A stretch of 64,000 bases of DNA from Christensenellaceae bacterium (GTDB lineage: Bacteria; Bacillota; Clostridia; Christensenellales; Christensenellaceae): NCBI GenBank assembly GCA_017523755.1, contig JAFWWA010000028.1, forward strand, positions 608 to 64,607, in the 5' to 3' direction. The notes below the pieces were generated by a model that worked only from the letters and a program-made list of their open reading frames with translations, was not told the DNA's origin and searched no databases. A program made the position numbers and the translations under genes. Positions 47,654-58,570 of this stretch are shown in pieces; positions within the stretch are counted from its first letter, which is position 1; the number at the start of each line of letters is the position of its first letter.

Positions 47654-48187
47654 ATGAGCGACAACAGAAAAACAAAAAGAACCGTCCTTTGGATCTGTAT
47701 GACAGCCCTGTTCTTGGGGCTCAACGTAGCACTGAGCTCTTTCGGGATACCTGTCCCGGGAGGTCATCTTTACCTAAATGACATAGTGATATGTACTGCC
47801 GCGATTCTCATGGATCCCCTGTCGGCCTTCATATCCGGAGGCATAGGAGCATTTTTGGGAGATATGTTCTTCTATCCGGCTCCGATGTTCGTATCGCTCG
47901 TTACACACGGGCTCCAGGCAGTAGTAATATCTGTTTTTTCCCATTATATCCTTAAGAAAAAGCAGGCTGTATCAGCCGGCATAGGTGTGGCTGTGGGAGC
48001 GGTCATTATGGTGGTCGGATATTCGCTGGGAAGGGCTTTCATATACAGCACTCCCGAATATGCGATCTTAAAGCTGCCGTTCCAGATCCTGCAGGCCGTC
48101 GTAGGGGCGGTGATGGGGATGCTCATATGCTATAAGCTGGGACTGAAGAAGATATTCGACAGCTATTTTGACGCTAAGCAGAAATAG
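47654..48187 (+). CDS. ECF-transporter S component-like integral membrane protein (substrate unknown)
   Basis: About 178 aa with 5-6 predicted TM helices and a composition typical of ECF S subunits. GGGAGG RBS before the ATG at 47654. No ECF A/T genes are nearby. Confidence 0.6.
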   Translation: MSDNRKTKRTVLWICMTALFLGLNVALSSFGIPVPGGHLYLNDIVICTAAILMDPLSAFISGGIGAFLGDMFFYPAPMFVSLVTHGLQAVVISVFSHYILKKKQAVSAGIGVAVGAVIMVVGYSLGRAFIYSTPEYAILKLPFQILQAVVGAVMGMLICYKLGLKKIFDSYFDAKQK

Positions 48188-48228
48188 ATATTCCTGCTTT
48201 ATATCACTGAGATACTTTTTATTTAGGC

Positions 48229-48256
48229 CCGCTGCCGTCATGACAGCGGTTTTTTT
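48229..48256 (+). terminator. Intrinsic terminator after the ECF S-component gene
   Basis: CCGCTG ccgtcatga CAGCGG followed by TTTTTTT. Confidence 0.7.
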
Positions 48257-48293
48257 ATCAGCAGGCCTGCCGTCTTCAAATGCTCTGGAATAA

Positions 48294-48321
48294 TTGGATT
48301 CGACATTTTTCGTGATATAAT
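48294..48321 (+). promoter_or_regulatory. Putative sigma-A promoter for mutS-mutL-miaA-hfq
   Basis: TTGGAT, a 16-nt spacer, then TATAAT with an extended -10 (TGaTATAAT). Confidence 0.45.
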
Positions 48322-48396
48322 TAATAATAGGTCATTGTCTTTATACGGAAAGGCAAAGGCCCCGAATAGTTCGATATATTATCAGGAGAAAATAAA

Positions 48397-50955
48397 TTGG
48401 CTTTATCACCGATGATGCGTCACTATCTCGAAGTCAAGGAAGCGAATCCCGACTGTATAGTGCTTTACAGGCTGGGAGACTTCTATGAGATGTTTTTTGA
48501 AGACGCAAAACTAATATCAAGAGAGCTTGAGCTGACACTGACGGGAAGAGACTGCGGGCTTGAAGAGAGAGCTCCGATGTGCGGTGTCCCGTATCATGCT
48601 GTCGACAATTATATAGCCAGGATGATCGAGTTCGGACATAAGGTCGCTATATGCGAGCAGCTTCAGGATCCCAAGGAGGCAACAGGACTCGTCGACAGGG
48701 GGATCGTAAGGATCATCACGCCCGGGACTGCGACGGTCGATTCAGAGGAATCGGTATATATCATGTCTGTCGTAAGATCGGGACAGGGCTTCGGCGCCGC
48801 ATATGCGGATGTATCCACAGGTGAATTCGTCGTGGGAGAGTATGAGGACAGTCAGAAGCTGCAGGACCTTATATCGAGGGTATCGCCTAAAGAATTCCTC
48901 GTTGCCGAGGGAGAAAAGATAAGCGAGCTGGGCGAGAGCACATCGTTGTCAGAGTATTTTCCGTATGCCTTCGAGACCGGCAACGCTGTAAATATACTGA
49001 AAGAGCATTTCGGGGTAGCCGATATTTCCATTTACGGAGTATCGGGGATGGACGCGGGCATCCGTGCCGCCGGGGCGCTCATGAGATATCTGTATGAGAC
49101 ACAGAAAAATGTTCTCATGCATATAACCAGGATGACAGCCGACGATCACCGTGAGTACATGATCATCGACGCGGCGACTAAAAGGAATCTTGAGCTGACG
49201 CTTTCCATGCGGGAGATGAAAAAGCGCGGATCCCTGCTGTGGCTCCTTGACAAAACGAAGACCGCGATGGGAGGAAGGCTCATAAGGAACTGGATAGAGC
49301 AGCCGCTTATAAGCATGAAGGAGATATCAAGGAGGCATTCCGCTGTTGCCGAGCTTTGTTCGGAATACCAGCTCAGACTTGAGCTGAGGGACAGGCTGTC
49401 AGACATATCCGATGTTGAAAAACTGCTGTCAAGGATATCGTACGGAAATATGGACGCGCGGCATGCGCTGTCACTGAAAATGTCGGTACAGAGATTCAAA
49501 GGCCTGAAGGAGTCTCTTGTCATGTGCAGGAGCGATCTTCTTAAAAAGTCATATGAAGATCTCGATCCCCTTGAAGACCTGGCCAACTATCTTGAAAGGG
49601 CTGTTTCTGAGGATCCTCCAATAGGTATCAGGGACGGAGGGATAATCAAGAACGGTTTCTCAAAAGAGGTCGATGATCTGAGGAATGCGGGAGGAAACGC
49701 AAAAAAGTGGATAGCCGAGCTTGAGCAGAAGGAAAGGGAAAGAACAGGGATAAAGACTTTAAGAGTCGGATACAACCGTGTATTCGGTTATTATCTTGAA
49801 GTGACCAGATCTTTCCTGGATCTCGTGCCTCAGGACTATATAAGGAAGCAGACTCTTGCAAACGCTGAACGCTATATAACACCAGAGCTGAAGGAACTCG
49901 AGGACTCGGTGACCCATGCCGAGGAAAGACTGAAAAAGATAGAGGAACAGCTGTTCCTTGAAGTCAGGAGCAGGATCGCCGACAATATCGAAACTCTTCA
50001 GAAGGATGCGAAGATCATAGCTGAGCTCGATGTATTGCTTTCATTCGCTCAGGTGGCATATGACAATGATTACTGCAGACCTAAGATGACGAACAACGGA
50101 GAGATATCCATAAAGGCCGGAAGACATCCCGTCGTCGAAAAAAGCGTCAGGCAGGAATTCGTTCCCAATGACACATATATGAATAATGATACGAACAGGA
50201 TGCTTGTGATAACCGGTCCTAACATGGGAGGAAAATCCACCTTCATGAGACAGACCGCGCTCATAGTGCTCATGGCACATATAGGATCGTTCGTACCTGC
50301 CGAGAGCGCTACGATATGCCTTGTCGACAGGATATTCACAAGAGTCGGGGCGTCAGATGACCTTGCGCAGGGTCAGAGCACGTTCATGGTGGAGATGAGC
50401 GAACTGGCGGGCATCCTTATGAACGCGACACCGCGGAGCCTTCTCGTACTTGACGAGATAGGAAGAGGAACGAGCACGCAGGACGGACTTGCGATAGCCT
50501 GGGCGACCATAGAGCACATTATAAAGTCATCCGACACTGGATACAAGACACTGTTTGCCACACATTTCCATGAACTGGCAGATCTCGAAGGGAATATGCC
50601 GGGTGTCGTAAACTATTCCGTCGGAGTCAAGGAACTTGATAAGACGGTGCTCTTCCTGCACAGGATAAAAAGGGGAGGAGCAGACAGGAGCTTCGGCATA
50701 GAGGTCGCAAGGCTGGCGGGTCTTCCGGAGAGCCTGCTCGAAAGAGCAAAAGGACTTCTCGGGATCATCGAAAGCAATTCGGATATGAGGATATCCTCAC
50801 TGGAGATAAGCGAGGATGAAGAAAAGAAAAAGGAAGAGGCGGCAGCAAGAGTCATAGGTGAGCTCAGGGCTCTTGATATTAATACCATAACGCCTATGGA
50901 AGCCATGGTGCTTCTTGACGATCTGAAGAGAAAAGCAAGCAGACTGGAAAACTGA
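48397..50955 (+). CDS. mutS: DNA mismatch repair protein MutS
   Basis: TTG start. MMRHYLEVKE...LYRLGDFYEMFFEDA mismatch-binding N-terminus. Walker A GPNMGGKST. DEIGRGTST motif. Confidence 0.95.
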   Translation: MALSPMMRHYLEVKEANPDCIVLYRLGDFYEMFFEDAKLISRELELTLTGRDCGLEERAPMCGVPYHAVDNYIARMIEFGHKVAICEQLQDPKEATGLVDRGIVRIITPGTATVDSEESVYIMSVVRSGQGFGAAYADVSTGEFVVGEYEDSQKLQDLISRVSPKEFLVAEGEKISELGESTSLSEYFPYAFETGNAVNILKEHFGVADISIYGVSGMDAGIRAAGALMRYLYETQKNVLMHITRMTADDHREYMIIDAATKRNLELTLSMREMKKRGSLLWLLDKTKTAMGGRLIRNWIEQPLISMKEISRRHSAVAELCSEYQLRLELRDRLSDISDVEKLLSRISYGNMDARHALSLKMSVQRFKGLKESLVMCRSDLLKKSYEDLDPLEDLANYLERAVSEDPPIGIRDGGIIKNGFSKEVDDLRNAGGNAKKWIAELEQKERERTGIKTLRVGYNRVFGYYLEVTRSFLDLVPQDYIRKQTLANAERYITPELKELEDSVTHAEERLKKIEEQLFLEVRSRIADNIETLQKDAKIIAELDVLLSFAQVAYDNDYCRPKMTNNGEISIKAGRHPVVEKSVRQEFVPNDTYMNNDTNRMLVITGPNMGGKSTFMRQTALIVLMAHIGSFVPAESATICLVDRIFTRVGASDDLAQGQSTFMVEMSELAGILMNATPRSLLVLDEIGRGTSTQDGLAIAWATIEHIIKSSDTGYKTLFATHFHELADLEGNMPGVVNYSVGVKELDKTVLFLHRIKRGGADRSFGIEVARLAGLPESLLERAKGLLGIIESNSDMRISSLEISEDEEKKKEEAAARVIGELRALDINTITPMEAMVLLDDLKRKASRLEN

Positions 50956-50958
50956 TAA

Positions 50959-52836
50959 ATGGGTAGAATACATATACTTGATGAAAATGTTGCGGCAAGG
51001 ATAGCTGCGGGAGAGGTCATCGAAAGACCGGCTTCGATCGTAAAGGAGCTTGTGGAGAACTCCATAGATGCCGGAGCCTCGGCGGTAAGCATATCGATAG
51101 AAAACGGCGGCCTGAGACGGATCCAGGTCTCTGACAACGGGATAGGGATAGAAAAGGAAGATATCCCCCTTACCGTGCTGAAGCATGCCACGAGCAAAAT
51201 AGAAAAATCAAAGGATCTTGAGCATATATCGTCAATGGGTTTCAGAGGCGAAGCCCTGTTCTCTATAGCGGCTGTGTCAATGTTCACATTAAGATCAAGA
51301 CCGAAGGGAGCGGAGACCGGGAATGAGGTCCGCGTGACCGGGGGAAAAGTCGACTATATAAGGGAAGCAGGCCTTCCTGAAGGAACGACGGCAATAGCTG
51401 AAAATCTTTTTTTCAATACGCCGGCACGTCTCAGGTTCCTTAAGTCGGTCTCTGCTGAGACCGGTGCCGTTTCGGATATAGTGTCCAGATTCATCCTGGG
51501 AAATCCTTCAGTCTCATTCAGGTATTCTTCGAACGGTACGGTCATATACCACAGCCCCGGCAACGGGCGCCTCATAGATGCTCTCGTATCAGTCTACGGG
51601 AAGGACATAAGGAACAATACAGCCTATGCCGATATGACATTCAACGGTGTAAGGGTGTACGGATATATCGGAAAGCACACTTTTTACCAGAAGTCCGGAA
51701 GGAACCAGAGCCTGTACATTAACGGCAGGTATGTGCGTTCCGACAGCATAAGGAGAGCAGCTACAAAAGCATACGGGGAAAGGATGCTCAAAGGCACTTA
51801 TCCCTTCTATGTGCTTTTCATAGATATGCCTTTTAACGAAGTCGATGTGAATGTCCATCCGAACAAGATGCAGGTCCACTTCCGCGATCAGGGAAAGGTG
51901 GAATATGTCGTCGGTGAGGCTGTAGCCAGAGCTGTTGAGGGGAATGAACAGACACAGGTCCTTGATATCAGTGCCGCTGCATCCGTGTCAGCCTTAATTG
52001 ATGATAAAGGGGAGAGCATCTCTTCCGAAAAGCAAAATGAGACCGGTCATGCAGCATATGATCTTAAGGATGACAAAGAAAAGGATCTCTCAAACGAGGA
52101 GAAGGATATCATAAGAGAGCTTTTGCCTAGAGAGAAAAAAACTGATAAGCCTGAGATAGAGCAGGGCAGTCTTTTTGCAGATGACGGCTTTGCGTTTGCC
52201 GAAAACAGGAAGGACAGGGACGCGTATGCTGCACCGGTCAAGGATAGGGAAGAGCCCGTGCCCCTCTCCGGGATAAGCAGTGCTGTATATATAGGCACGG
52301 CATTCAATACATATCCTATTTTTGAGATGGGCGAGGTCCTTTATCTGATCGATCAGCATGCCGCGCATGAGAGGATGATCTACGATGCCCTTATGGCAGA
52401 CGGAAGAGTGATAAGCCAGCAGCTGCTGATACCCGAGATCATGACGTTCCCTCATGATCAGATGCTCGTGATCGAGGAGAATATGGAGATGCTCGCGGAG
52501 ATGGGCATAGACGCCGAACCCTTCGGTAATCTTTCGATACGGGTCACAGCAGTGCCTCAGATAGTGGGAGAGATAAATATCAGGGCATTCTTTGAGGACA
52601 TACTCGAAGGAGCAGGGGATAAGAGGAACAGGGTGAGGCTCATAAAGGACCGTGTGGCCAGAGCTGCATGCAAGAGAGCCGTAAAGGCAGGATGGAAATT
52701 GTCAGAAGATGAGATAATGAATATACTTAAGGAGATCACGGTGAGCGGCGTAATACCGCACTGTCCGCACGGAAGACCTCTTGCGATCGCCATAACGAAG
52801 ACAGACCTGGAAAAGGGCTTCAAGAGGATAGTCTGA
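50959..52836 (+). CDS. mutL: DNA mismatch repair protein MutL
   Basis: IAAGEVIERPASIVKELVENSIDAG GHKL ATPase N-terminus, GFRGEAL, and a C-terminal dimerisation/endonuclease region (DQHAAHERM). Confidence 0.95.
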   Translation: MGRIHILDENVAARIAAGEVIERPASIVKELVENSIDAGASAVSISIENGGLRRIQVSDNGIGIEKEDIPLTVLKHATSKIEKSKDLEHISSMGFRGEALFSIAAVSMFTLRSRPKGAETGNEVRVTGGKVDYIREAGLPEGTTAIAENLFFNTPARLRFLKSVSAETGAVSDIVSRFILGNPSVSFRYSSNGTVIYHSPGNGRLIDALVSVYGKDIRNNTAYADMTFNGVRVYGYIGKHTFYQKSGRNQSLYINGRYVRSDSIRRAATKAYGERMLKGTYPFYVLFIDMPFNEVDVNVHPNKMQVHFRDQGKVEYVVGEAVARAVEGNEQTQVLDISAAASVSALIDDKGESISSEKQNETGHAAYDLKDDKEKDLSNEEKDIIRELLPREKKTDKPEIEQGSLFADDGFAFAENRKDRDAYAAPVKDREEPVPLSGISSAVYIGTAFNTYPIFEMGEVLYLIDQHAAHERMIYDALMADGRVISQQLLIPEIMTFPHDQMLVIEENMEMLAEMGIDAEPFGNLSIRVTAVPQIVGEINIRAFFEDILEGAGDKRNRVRLIKDRVARAACKRAVKAGWKLSEDEIMNILKEITVSGVIPHCPHGRPLAIAITKTDLEKGFKRIV

Positions 52837-52837
52837 A

Positions 52838-53764
52838 TTGAAAAAGAAAAAACTCATAGTAATAACAGGGCCGACAGCTACAGGAAAGACCGCTGCGGCT
52901 GTAGAGATCGCTAAACGTATGGACGGGGAGATCGTGTCTGCAGACTCCATGCAGATATATGATGTGCTTAGCATAGGCACGGCCCGTCCCACAGCTGATG
53001 AGATGCAGGGAATACCGCATCATCTTGTTGGTTTTGTCGACCCCTCAGAAAAATACAGTGCCGGAAAGTTTCAGAAGGATGCCCTTGAATGCATCGAAAA
53101 CATATCTGAAAGGGGAAAGCAGCCTATCCTTGTCGGAGGGACAGGATTATATATCAATGCAGTGACCTATGATATGGATTTTTCCGCTCCGGAGAGGGAT
53201 GCTGAAAAAAGCAGCAGGTATCTTAAGCTTTATAACGAGGAAGGACCCGACGCAGCATATGGTCTTTTAAAGAAAAAAGATCCTGATGCCGCAGCAAGGA
53301 TACATAAGAACGACAGGATGAGAGTGGTGAGGGCTCTTGAGGTAGCCGATAGTCCTCCAGATACCGGATATGATTTCAGAAGGCCTTCCGAAAGATACGA
53401 TTTCAGGATATTTGCGCTGACTAAGGACAGGGCCAGACTGTATTCGGATATCGAAAAAAGAGTCGATATCATGTTTGAGAGAGGCCTTGAAAAGGAAGTA
53501 AGGGAATTAAGGGAAAGATACGGGGATGATATTCAGGCCTTTCAGGCGATAGGATATAAGGAATTCATACCGTACTTCAACGGTGAGATCGATATCGATA
53601 AGGTAAGGGAACTGATAAAACGCAATACCAGAAGATATGCGAAACGACAGCTGACATGGTTAAGACCGGACAGCCGTGTGAACTGGATATATACCGACCG
53701 TGTAAGTTGTGCTGCCGATGAGATTTGTGATATAATCAGAAAGATTGATGAACAAGGAGGATAA
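52838..53764 (+). CDS. miaA: tRNA dimethylallyltransferase MiaA
   Basis: TTG start 1 nt after the mutL stop. P-loop [21 protein letters not shown] and GGTGLY motifs. Confidence 0.95.
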   Translation: MKKKKLIVITGPTATGKTAAAVEIAKRMDGEIVSADSMQIYDVLSIGTARPTADEMQGIPHHLVGFVDPSEKYSAGKFQKDALECIENISERGKQPILVGGTGLYINAVTYDMDFSAPERDAEKSSRYLKLYNEEGPDAAYGLLKKKDPDAAARIHKNDRMRVVRALEVADSPPDTGYDFRRPSERYDFRIFALTKDRARLYSDIEKRVDIMFERGLEKEVRELRERYGDDIQAFQAIGYKEFIPYFNGEIDIDKVRELIKRNTRRYAKRQLTWLRPDSRVNWIYTDRVSCAADEICDIIRKIDEQGG

Positions 53765-53768
53765 ACTT

Positions 53769-54035
53769 TTGCAGTCATCTAATATGTCGATTCAGGATAG
53801 ATTTTTAAACCAGGTTCGCAAAGAGGGTATTTTTGTAACGGTTCATCTTGTAAACGGATTCCAGATCAGGGGAACAGTAAAATCTTTTGATAATTTCACT
53901 GTTCTTATGGACAGTGACGGTAAGCAGATGCTCATATACAAGAATGCGATTTCCACCATCACTCCTCAGAGAGCAGTAACTATCAATCAGGCAGCACAGT
54001 CTGATGATGTACAGGGATCATCTGAAGATCAGTGA
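53769..54035 (+). CDS. hfq: RNA chaperone Hfq
   Basis: Sm1/Sm2 motifs ([42 protein letters not shown]...[11 protein letters not shown]). The start is ambiguous: a TTG at 53769 lies 8 nt after AAGGAGG, and an ATG lies at 53784. The ORF-track start at 53745 overlaps miaA. Confidence 0.9.
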   Translation: MQSSNMSIQDRFLNQVRKEGIFVTVHLVNGFQIRGTVKSFDNFTVLMDSDGKQMLIYKNAISTITPQRAVTINQAAQSDDVQGSSEDQ

Positions 54036-54036
54036 T

Positions 54037-55293
54037 ATGAAAAGCGAAAAGATGAGGAACTATGACGCAGCTTCTGTTATCGCTGATGCGGAACGGGATG
54101 CTGCGTATGTTTTTGAAAAGCTGGATAAGATATGTGAGTTCAATTCCTACAAGGTGATAAATGCCTTCAGGGAATGCGGAGTATCGGAGCGGCACTTTTC
54201 TTCGACGACTGGATACGGTTATTCCGATCAGGGAAGGGAAATGCTGGCAAAGCTTTTTTCATGTATTTTTAAAACCGAGGATGCTATAGTGAGCCCCCAT
54301 TTCGCATCGGGGACCCATACTCTTACTGTAGGTCTTTTCGGCCTTTTAAGGCCGGGAGACAAAATGCTTTCTGCGACAGGTCTTCCCTATGATACTATAA
54401 GGAGCGTCATAGGCATCGAGGGCGACGCGGACGGTTCTCTGAAGGATTACGGGATCGGTTTCCTGAGGACTGATCTGACGGATGCGGGAAAGATAGACAT
54501 ACCCCGGGTAATGGATGCGCTTGAAAAAGACGATACAGTGAAGGTGCTTTATCTGCAGAGGTCCAGGGGATACGAAATAAGGCCTTCGATATCCGTGAGT
54601 GAGATGGAAGAGCTGTTTTCAGAGGTAAAAGCTTCATTCCCTGACATCTGTATAGTTGTTGACAACTGCTACGGGGAATTCACTGAAGAGAGGGAGCCCT
54701 CTGAGGTTGGTGCCGATATCATTATGGGGTCTCTCATAAAAAATCCCGGGGCAGGACTGGCGCCTTCCGGAGGATACATCGCAGGCAGGAAAAAATATGT
54801 GGACAGGATAGCCGGAAGATTCACCTCCCCCGGTATAGGGACCGAGATAGGTTCATATAACGGCAGTTATCTTCCTTTTTACCAGGGAATATATCTTGCG
54901 CCGCATATAGTTAGAGAAGCTTTAAAAGGAGCCGTGCTTGCCTCGGGGGCAATGGAAAAAGCCGGGTTCGGAGTGTTTCCGAAGTATGATGCAGACAGGA
55001 CTGACATCACACAGGCCATTATATTCGATACCGAGGAAGAGCTTACGGCTTTTGTCAGAGCTGTACAGAAGGCTTCGCCGATCGACAGCAGTGTGGTACC
55101 GTATGCCTGGGACATGCCAGGATATGCTGACAAAGTGATCATGGCAGCCGGTACGTTCATACAGGGTGCTTCCATAGAGCTTTCGGCAGACGGTCCTATC
55201 CGTCCCCCGTATACCGCATATATGCAGGGCGGGATGATATACGAGAATGTGAAGCTTGCAGTAAGGTTCGCTCTGGAGGATCTTGCAGGATGA
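54037..55293 (+). CDS. Methionine gamma-lyase-family / aluminium-resistance-type PLP protein (YnbB-like)
   Basis: The length and segments (SERHFSSTTGYGYSDQGRE, SLIKNPGAGLAPSGGYIAG) match the YnbB/Met_gamma_lyase family. The ATG at 54037 lies 1 nt after the hfq stop. Confidence 0.7.
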   Translation: MKSEKMRNYDAASVIADAERDAAYVFEKLDKICEFNSYKVINAFRECGVSERHFSSTTGYGYSDQGREMLAKLFSCIFKTEDAIVSPHFASGTHTLTVGLFGLLRPGDKMLSATGLPYDTIRSVIGIEGDADGSLKDYGIGFLRTDLTDAGKIDIPRVMDALEKDDTVKVLYLQRSRGYEIRPSISVSEMEELFSEVKASFPDICIVVDNCYGEFTEEREPSEVGADIIMGSLIKNPGAGLAPSGGYIAGRKKYVDRIAGRFTSPGIGTEIGSYNGSYLPFYQGIYLAPHIVREALKGAVLASGAMEKAGFGVFPKYDADRTDITQAIIFDTEEELTAFVRAVQKASPIDSSVVPYAWDMPGYADKVIMAAGTFIQGASIELSADGPIRPPYTAYMQGGMIYENVKLAVRFALEDLAG

Positions 55294-55982
55294 AGCTCAT
55301 CTATACAGCCAACTGCGGCGTGATAATAGAAGGAGAAAAGTCAACGATCTCTATTGACGCTCTGCACGACCATGAGGAAAAGCCTTTTTCAACGGTGCCC
55401 GGGCCTGTTATAGACAGGATCATGAACGGCACCAGAATAGATGTCATGTTCTATACCCATCTGCACAGGGACCATTTCAGCAGGGAGCTGAACAGGGAAT
55501 ATATAAACAGGTATCATCCGGAAACGATAATGCAGGAAGATGAGCTTGCAACGATAGGGCTCTCAGGCGATAAGGGAAGGATATCCATAAACAGGTTCGG
55601 CCTTGAGGCGGACTATAAAAGGCTGACCCACAGCGGCGACAGATATAAGGATGTTTTAAACTACGGCTTTTATATAGTGTTTGAGGGGGTAAGCTTCCTT
55701 ACCCTGGGCGACGGAGCAGTATCCGCTGAGGGCATCGATGAGCTGACAGGGGGAAGAAGATGCGACTTTGCGCTGATCAATTTCCCTTTTTATACGCTGG
55801 CGGAAGGAAGAAGGATCATAGGCGGGCTGATAAACCCAAAAGCGGCAATCATCCAGCATCTTCCGTTTGAGAAGGATGACAGATTCCAGTACCGCCGTGC
55901 ACTTGAAAAGAGGATCGGCTATCCGGGGCTTCCGGAAGTCAAGGCAGTGCTGACGGAACCGATGCAGACGGTCCTGCTGTGA
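55290..55982 (+). CDS. MBL-fold metallo-hydrolase
   Basis: HxHxDH motif (YTHLHRDHF). ATGA start/stop overlap with the upstream gene. Confidence 0.7.
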   Translation: MKLIYTANCGVIIEGEKSTISIDALHDHEEKPFSTVPGPVIDRIMNGTRIDVMFYTHLHRDHFSRELNREYINRYHPETIMQEDELATIGLSGDKGRISINRFGLEADYKRLTHSGDRYKDVLNYGFYIVFEGVSFLTLGDGAVSAEGIDELTGGRRCDFALINFPFYTLAEGRRIIGGLINPKAAIIQHLPFEKDDRFQYRRALEKRIGYPGLPEVKAVLTEPMQTVLL

Positions 55983-55994
55983 AACATAAAATGC

Positions 55995-56026
55995 AAAAAA
56001 ACAGATGTTCGGGCATCTGTTTTTTT
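55995..56026. terminator. Bidirectional intrinsic terminator
   Basis: AAAAAAACAGATG ttcggg CATCTGTTTTTTT is perfectly complementary, between convergent genes. Confidence 0.85.
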
Positions 56027-56078
56027 AACCGAAATTATGTCTGTAAAAAGGCAGTGAATTCTGTCCGTGTAAGGCTGT

Positions 56079-57002
56079 TCAGCCTTCAAACGAAGAATAC
56101 ACAGAGTCAAGAAAATCTGCGATAGACCTGTCGTCAGCCTGCTTTATCAGATAGAAATGTCTTCCGTTACTGTCGGGAACGAATTCGTCGCTTCCGTCAT
56201 CATTTACCTTAAACCAGCCGGGCTCAGACACTCTGTAGAAGTCTTCATCTGCAGTGAACGCAAAATGGACTGTCGTAGGATCCCAGCTCATGCGCTTCAT
56301 CTTTCCGTCTGTGTACAGGTAATATGCTGCTTTTATAGGATTATGTTCAAATCCTGAAGGATCATCAAATCCGGACATAACTGTTTCCCCGACTTCAAAA
56401 TTGGAACATATTATCGGCCCTTTGTATTCATTGAAAAAATACTGTGAAGAGGCAGCGTCGCAGAACACATTATATTCTCTTCCCGAGGGAACGCACTGGG
56501 CCATAGAGACGACTGCGCTGACTTTTCTGTTGAAAAGCGAGGGGTCGTTCCTGAGTGCTTCAGCAACGGTGTTGAACTGCCCTATGGTGATTATGACTAT
56601 ACTGTCATCTTCTGCTCCCTTAAGCAGTCTGCTGTATGCTTCAGAAGAGCTACTTACCTTCAAGGAGCCGTTCATGAACCTTTCCGACAGATTTTCTGAT
56701 ATGAATCTGTTGAATTTCATGTGCTCCTCTCCGTCAAGAAATCCTTTTCCCTGATACTGAGCTATCTCTGTCTCACCGAATCCGCAGAAACTGTTTATAG
56801 CATCCAGGGTTCCGTTCCCGTATATGTTTGAAGTACAATTGACGGTCATCAAGATCTTCACGGAATACTTTCTGGCAAAATAAAACATGACGGCAAGCGC
56901 GCCTGCGTCATCACAGTCCGGCCCTATATCAGTATCCAGTATGACATGTTTTTTTGAATCCTTCAGAGGTGTATACATTTTTTCTCCTGATATATATGTC
57001 AT
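56079..57002 (-). CDS. Nucleoside hydrolase-like (IUNH-fold) protein
   Basis: N-terminal Asp cluster VILDTDIGPDCDDAGAL resembles the DxDxxxDD motif of inosine-uridine nucleoside hydrolases. ATGA overlap with the cimA stop. Confidence 0.55.
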   Translation of the reverse strand: MTYISGEKMYTPLKDSKKHVILDTDIGPDCDDAGALAVMFYFARKYSVKILMTVNCTSNIYGNGTLDAINSFCGFGETEIAQYQGKGFLDGEEHMKFNRFISENLSERFMNGSLKVSSSSEAYSRLLKGAEDDSIVIITIGQFNTVAEALRNDPSLFNRKVSAVVSMAQCVPSGREYNVFCDAASSQYFFNEYKGPIICSNFEVGETVMSGFDDPSGFEHNPIKAAYYLYTDGKMKRMSWDPTTVHFAFTADEDFYRVSEPGWFKVNDDGSDEFVPDSNGRHFYLIKQADDRSIADFLDSVYSSFEG

Positions 57003-58570
57003 TTTTCCTGCTGATCGTCAAGCATCAGCTTATATTCGACAGAGTCTCTTAATGCGATAAAGCTGGCATCTATTATGTCGTTGGATACACCGATGGTCGA
57101 CCAGCTGTGCACACCGTCGCTTGATTCGATAAGGACGCGGACTGCGGCTGCTGTTGTTGCATCGCTTTCAAGAACGCGTACCTTGAAGTCGGTCAGATGC
57201 ATTTCCTTAAGGCGCGGATAAAAGCGGGTAAGAGCCTTCCTTAAAGCCAGGTCGAGAGCATTGACAGGTCCGTTGCCTTCCGCCGCTGTTATCTCGCTCT
57301 CCCCGTTGACGTTAACTTTCATTATTGCTGCCGCAGGATACTGTGTTGCAGAGGAAGCTGTTTCACCGACGGTCTTATAATAGTCGAGGTCGAAATACTT
57401 TGATATGATCCCCAGCTTTCTCCTGATGATAAGCTCGAAAGACGCCTCAGCTCCTTCGTACTGATATCCCTTCATTTCCCTCAGCTTCAGCTCCTCGATA
57501 AGATCTACCACTACGGGGCTGTCGCGGGTCAGGTCAGGGTCGATACTGTGTATCATGCTCATAAGCGTGCTCTTTCCTGACATCTCGCTTATAAGGAAGC
57601 GCCGCTGATTGCCTACGAGAGACGGATCTATATGTTCGAATGAAGAGCTGTTCTTGCTGACAGCGTCTATATGCATCCCGCCTTTGTGGGCAAAAGCACT
57701 GCGCCCTATATACGGGCGTGAGCTTGGCAGGGCATAGTTGGCTATATCCGCGATCCGCCTTGCGGTGACGGTTAAAAGGGGAAGGCAGGAATCAGGTATG
57801 CACTCTGTCCCCTGCTTCAGCTGAAGATTGGGGATTATCGTCGAAAGGTTCGCGTTACCGCATCTTTCACCGAAACCGAGGAAGGTGCCCTGTATATGGC
57901 CTGCGCCGGCTCGGACGGCATACATGCTGTTTGCTACGGCCAGACCGCAGTCGTTATGGCAGTGGATACCGATCTCCTTTGACGGAAAAGCGGATTTTAC
58001 CTTTTTCACTACAGCTTCTATATCTGAGGTGAATGTCCCGCCGTTGGTATCGCATAGACATAATATATCGGCATTGGCTGCAGCCCTGAGGGCAGACAGC
58101 GCATATTCCTCGTTGCTTTTAAAACCGTCAAAGAAGTGCTCGGCGTCGAAGATCACGTATTTGCCTAAAGACTTGAGATGATCGACGCTGTCCTTTATCA
58201 TATTGAGATTTTCCTCCGGAGAGGTGTTGAGTATCTCTATCACCTGATCAAGGGAGGCTTTGCCTACGATCGATACGGCTTCAGTACCGGCGTCTGCAAG
58301 GGCCCTGATGCCCCAGTCGCTTTCAACAGAGACATTCCTTCTCCTTGTGCTTCCGAATGCGCAGATCTTTGAGTGTCTCAGTTTCCTGTTCTTAAGTTCG
58401 GCAAAAAGATCCGCGTCCTTTGGATTGGAGGCGGGATTGCCGGCTTCGATGAAATCAACACCGACACTGTCCAGCAGCATTATTATTTTCAGTTTGTCAT
58501 CCTCTGACAGGGATATGCCCTCGCCCTGGGCACCGTCTCTCAGAGTGGAATCAAGTATCGTTATTTTCAT
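56999..58570 (-). CDS. cimA: Citramalate synthase (LeuA/CimA family, long form)
   Basis: KITILDSTLRDGAQGEGISLSEDDKLKI N-terminus, HCHND metal site, and a C-terminal LeuA-dimer-type regulatory domain. The first ATG is at 58570. The ORF-track start at 58597 is a TTG. Either start overlaps the 3' end of leuA. Confidence 0.8.
   Translation of the reverse strand: MKITILDSTLRDGAQGEGISLSEDDKLKIIMLLDSVGVDFIEAGNPASNPKDADLFAELKNRKLRHSKICAFGSTRRRNVSVESDWGIRALADAGTEAVSIVGKASLDQVIEILNTSPEENLNMIKDSVDHLKSLGKYVIFDAEHFFDGFKSNEEYALSALRAAANADILCLCDTNGGTFTSDIEAVVKKVKSAFPSKEIGIHCHNDCGLAVANSMYAVRAGAGHIQGTFLGFGERCGNANLSTIIPNLQLKQGTECIPDSCLPLLTVTARRIADIANYALPSSRPYIGRSAFAHKGGMHIDAVSKNSSSFEHIDPSLVGNQRRFLISEMSGKSTLMSMIHSIDPDLTRDSPVVVDLIEELKLREMKGYQYEGAEASFELIIRRKLGIISKYFDLDYYKTVGETASSATQYPAAAIMKVNVNGESEITAAEGNGPVNALDLALRKALTRFYPRLKEMHLTDFKVRVLESDATTAAAVRVLIESSDGVHSWSTIGVSNDIIDASFIALRDSVEYKLMLDDQQEK

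Noticed and set aside
50613-51287. 224-aa minus-strand ORF spanning the mutS/mutL junction (also 50797-51186)
   Set aside because: It is antisense to two strongly supported genes, and the translation is serine/leucine-rich without motifs. It is a shadow ORF.
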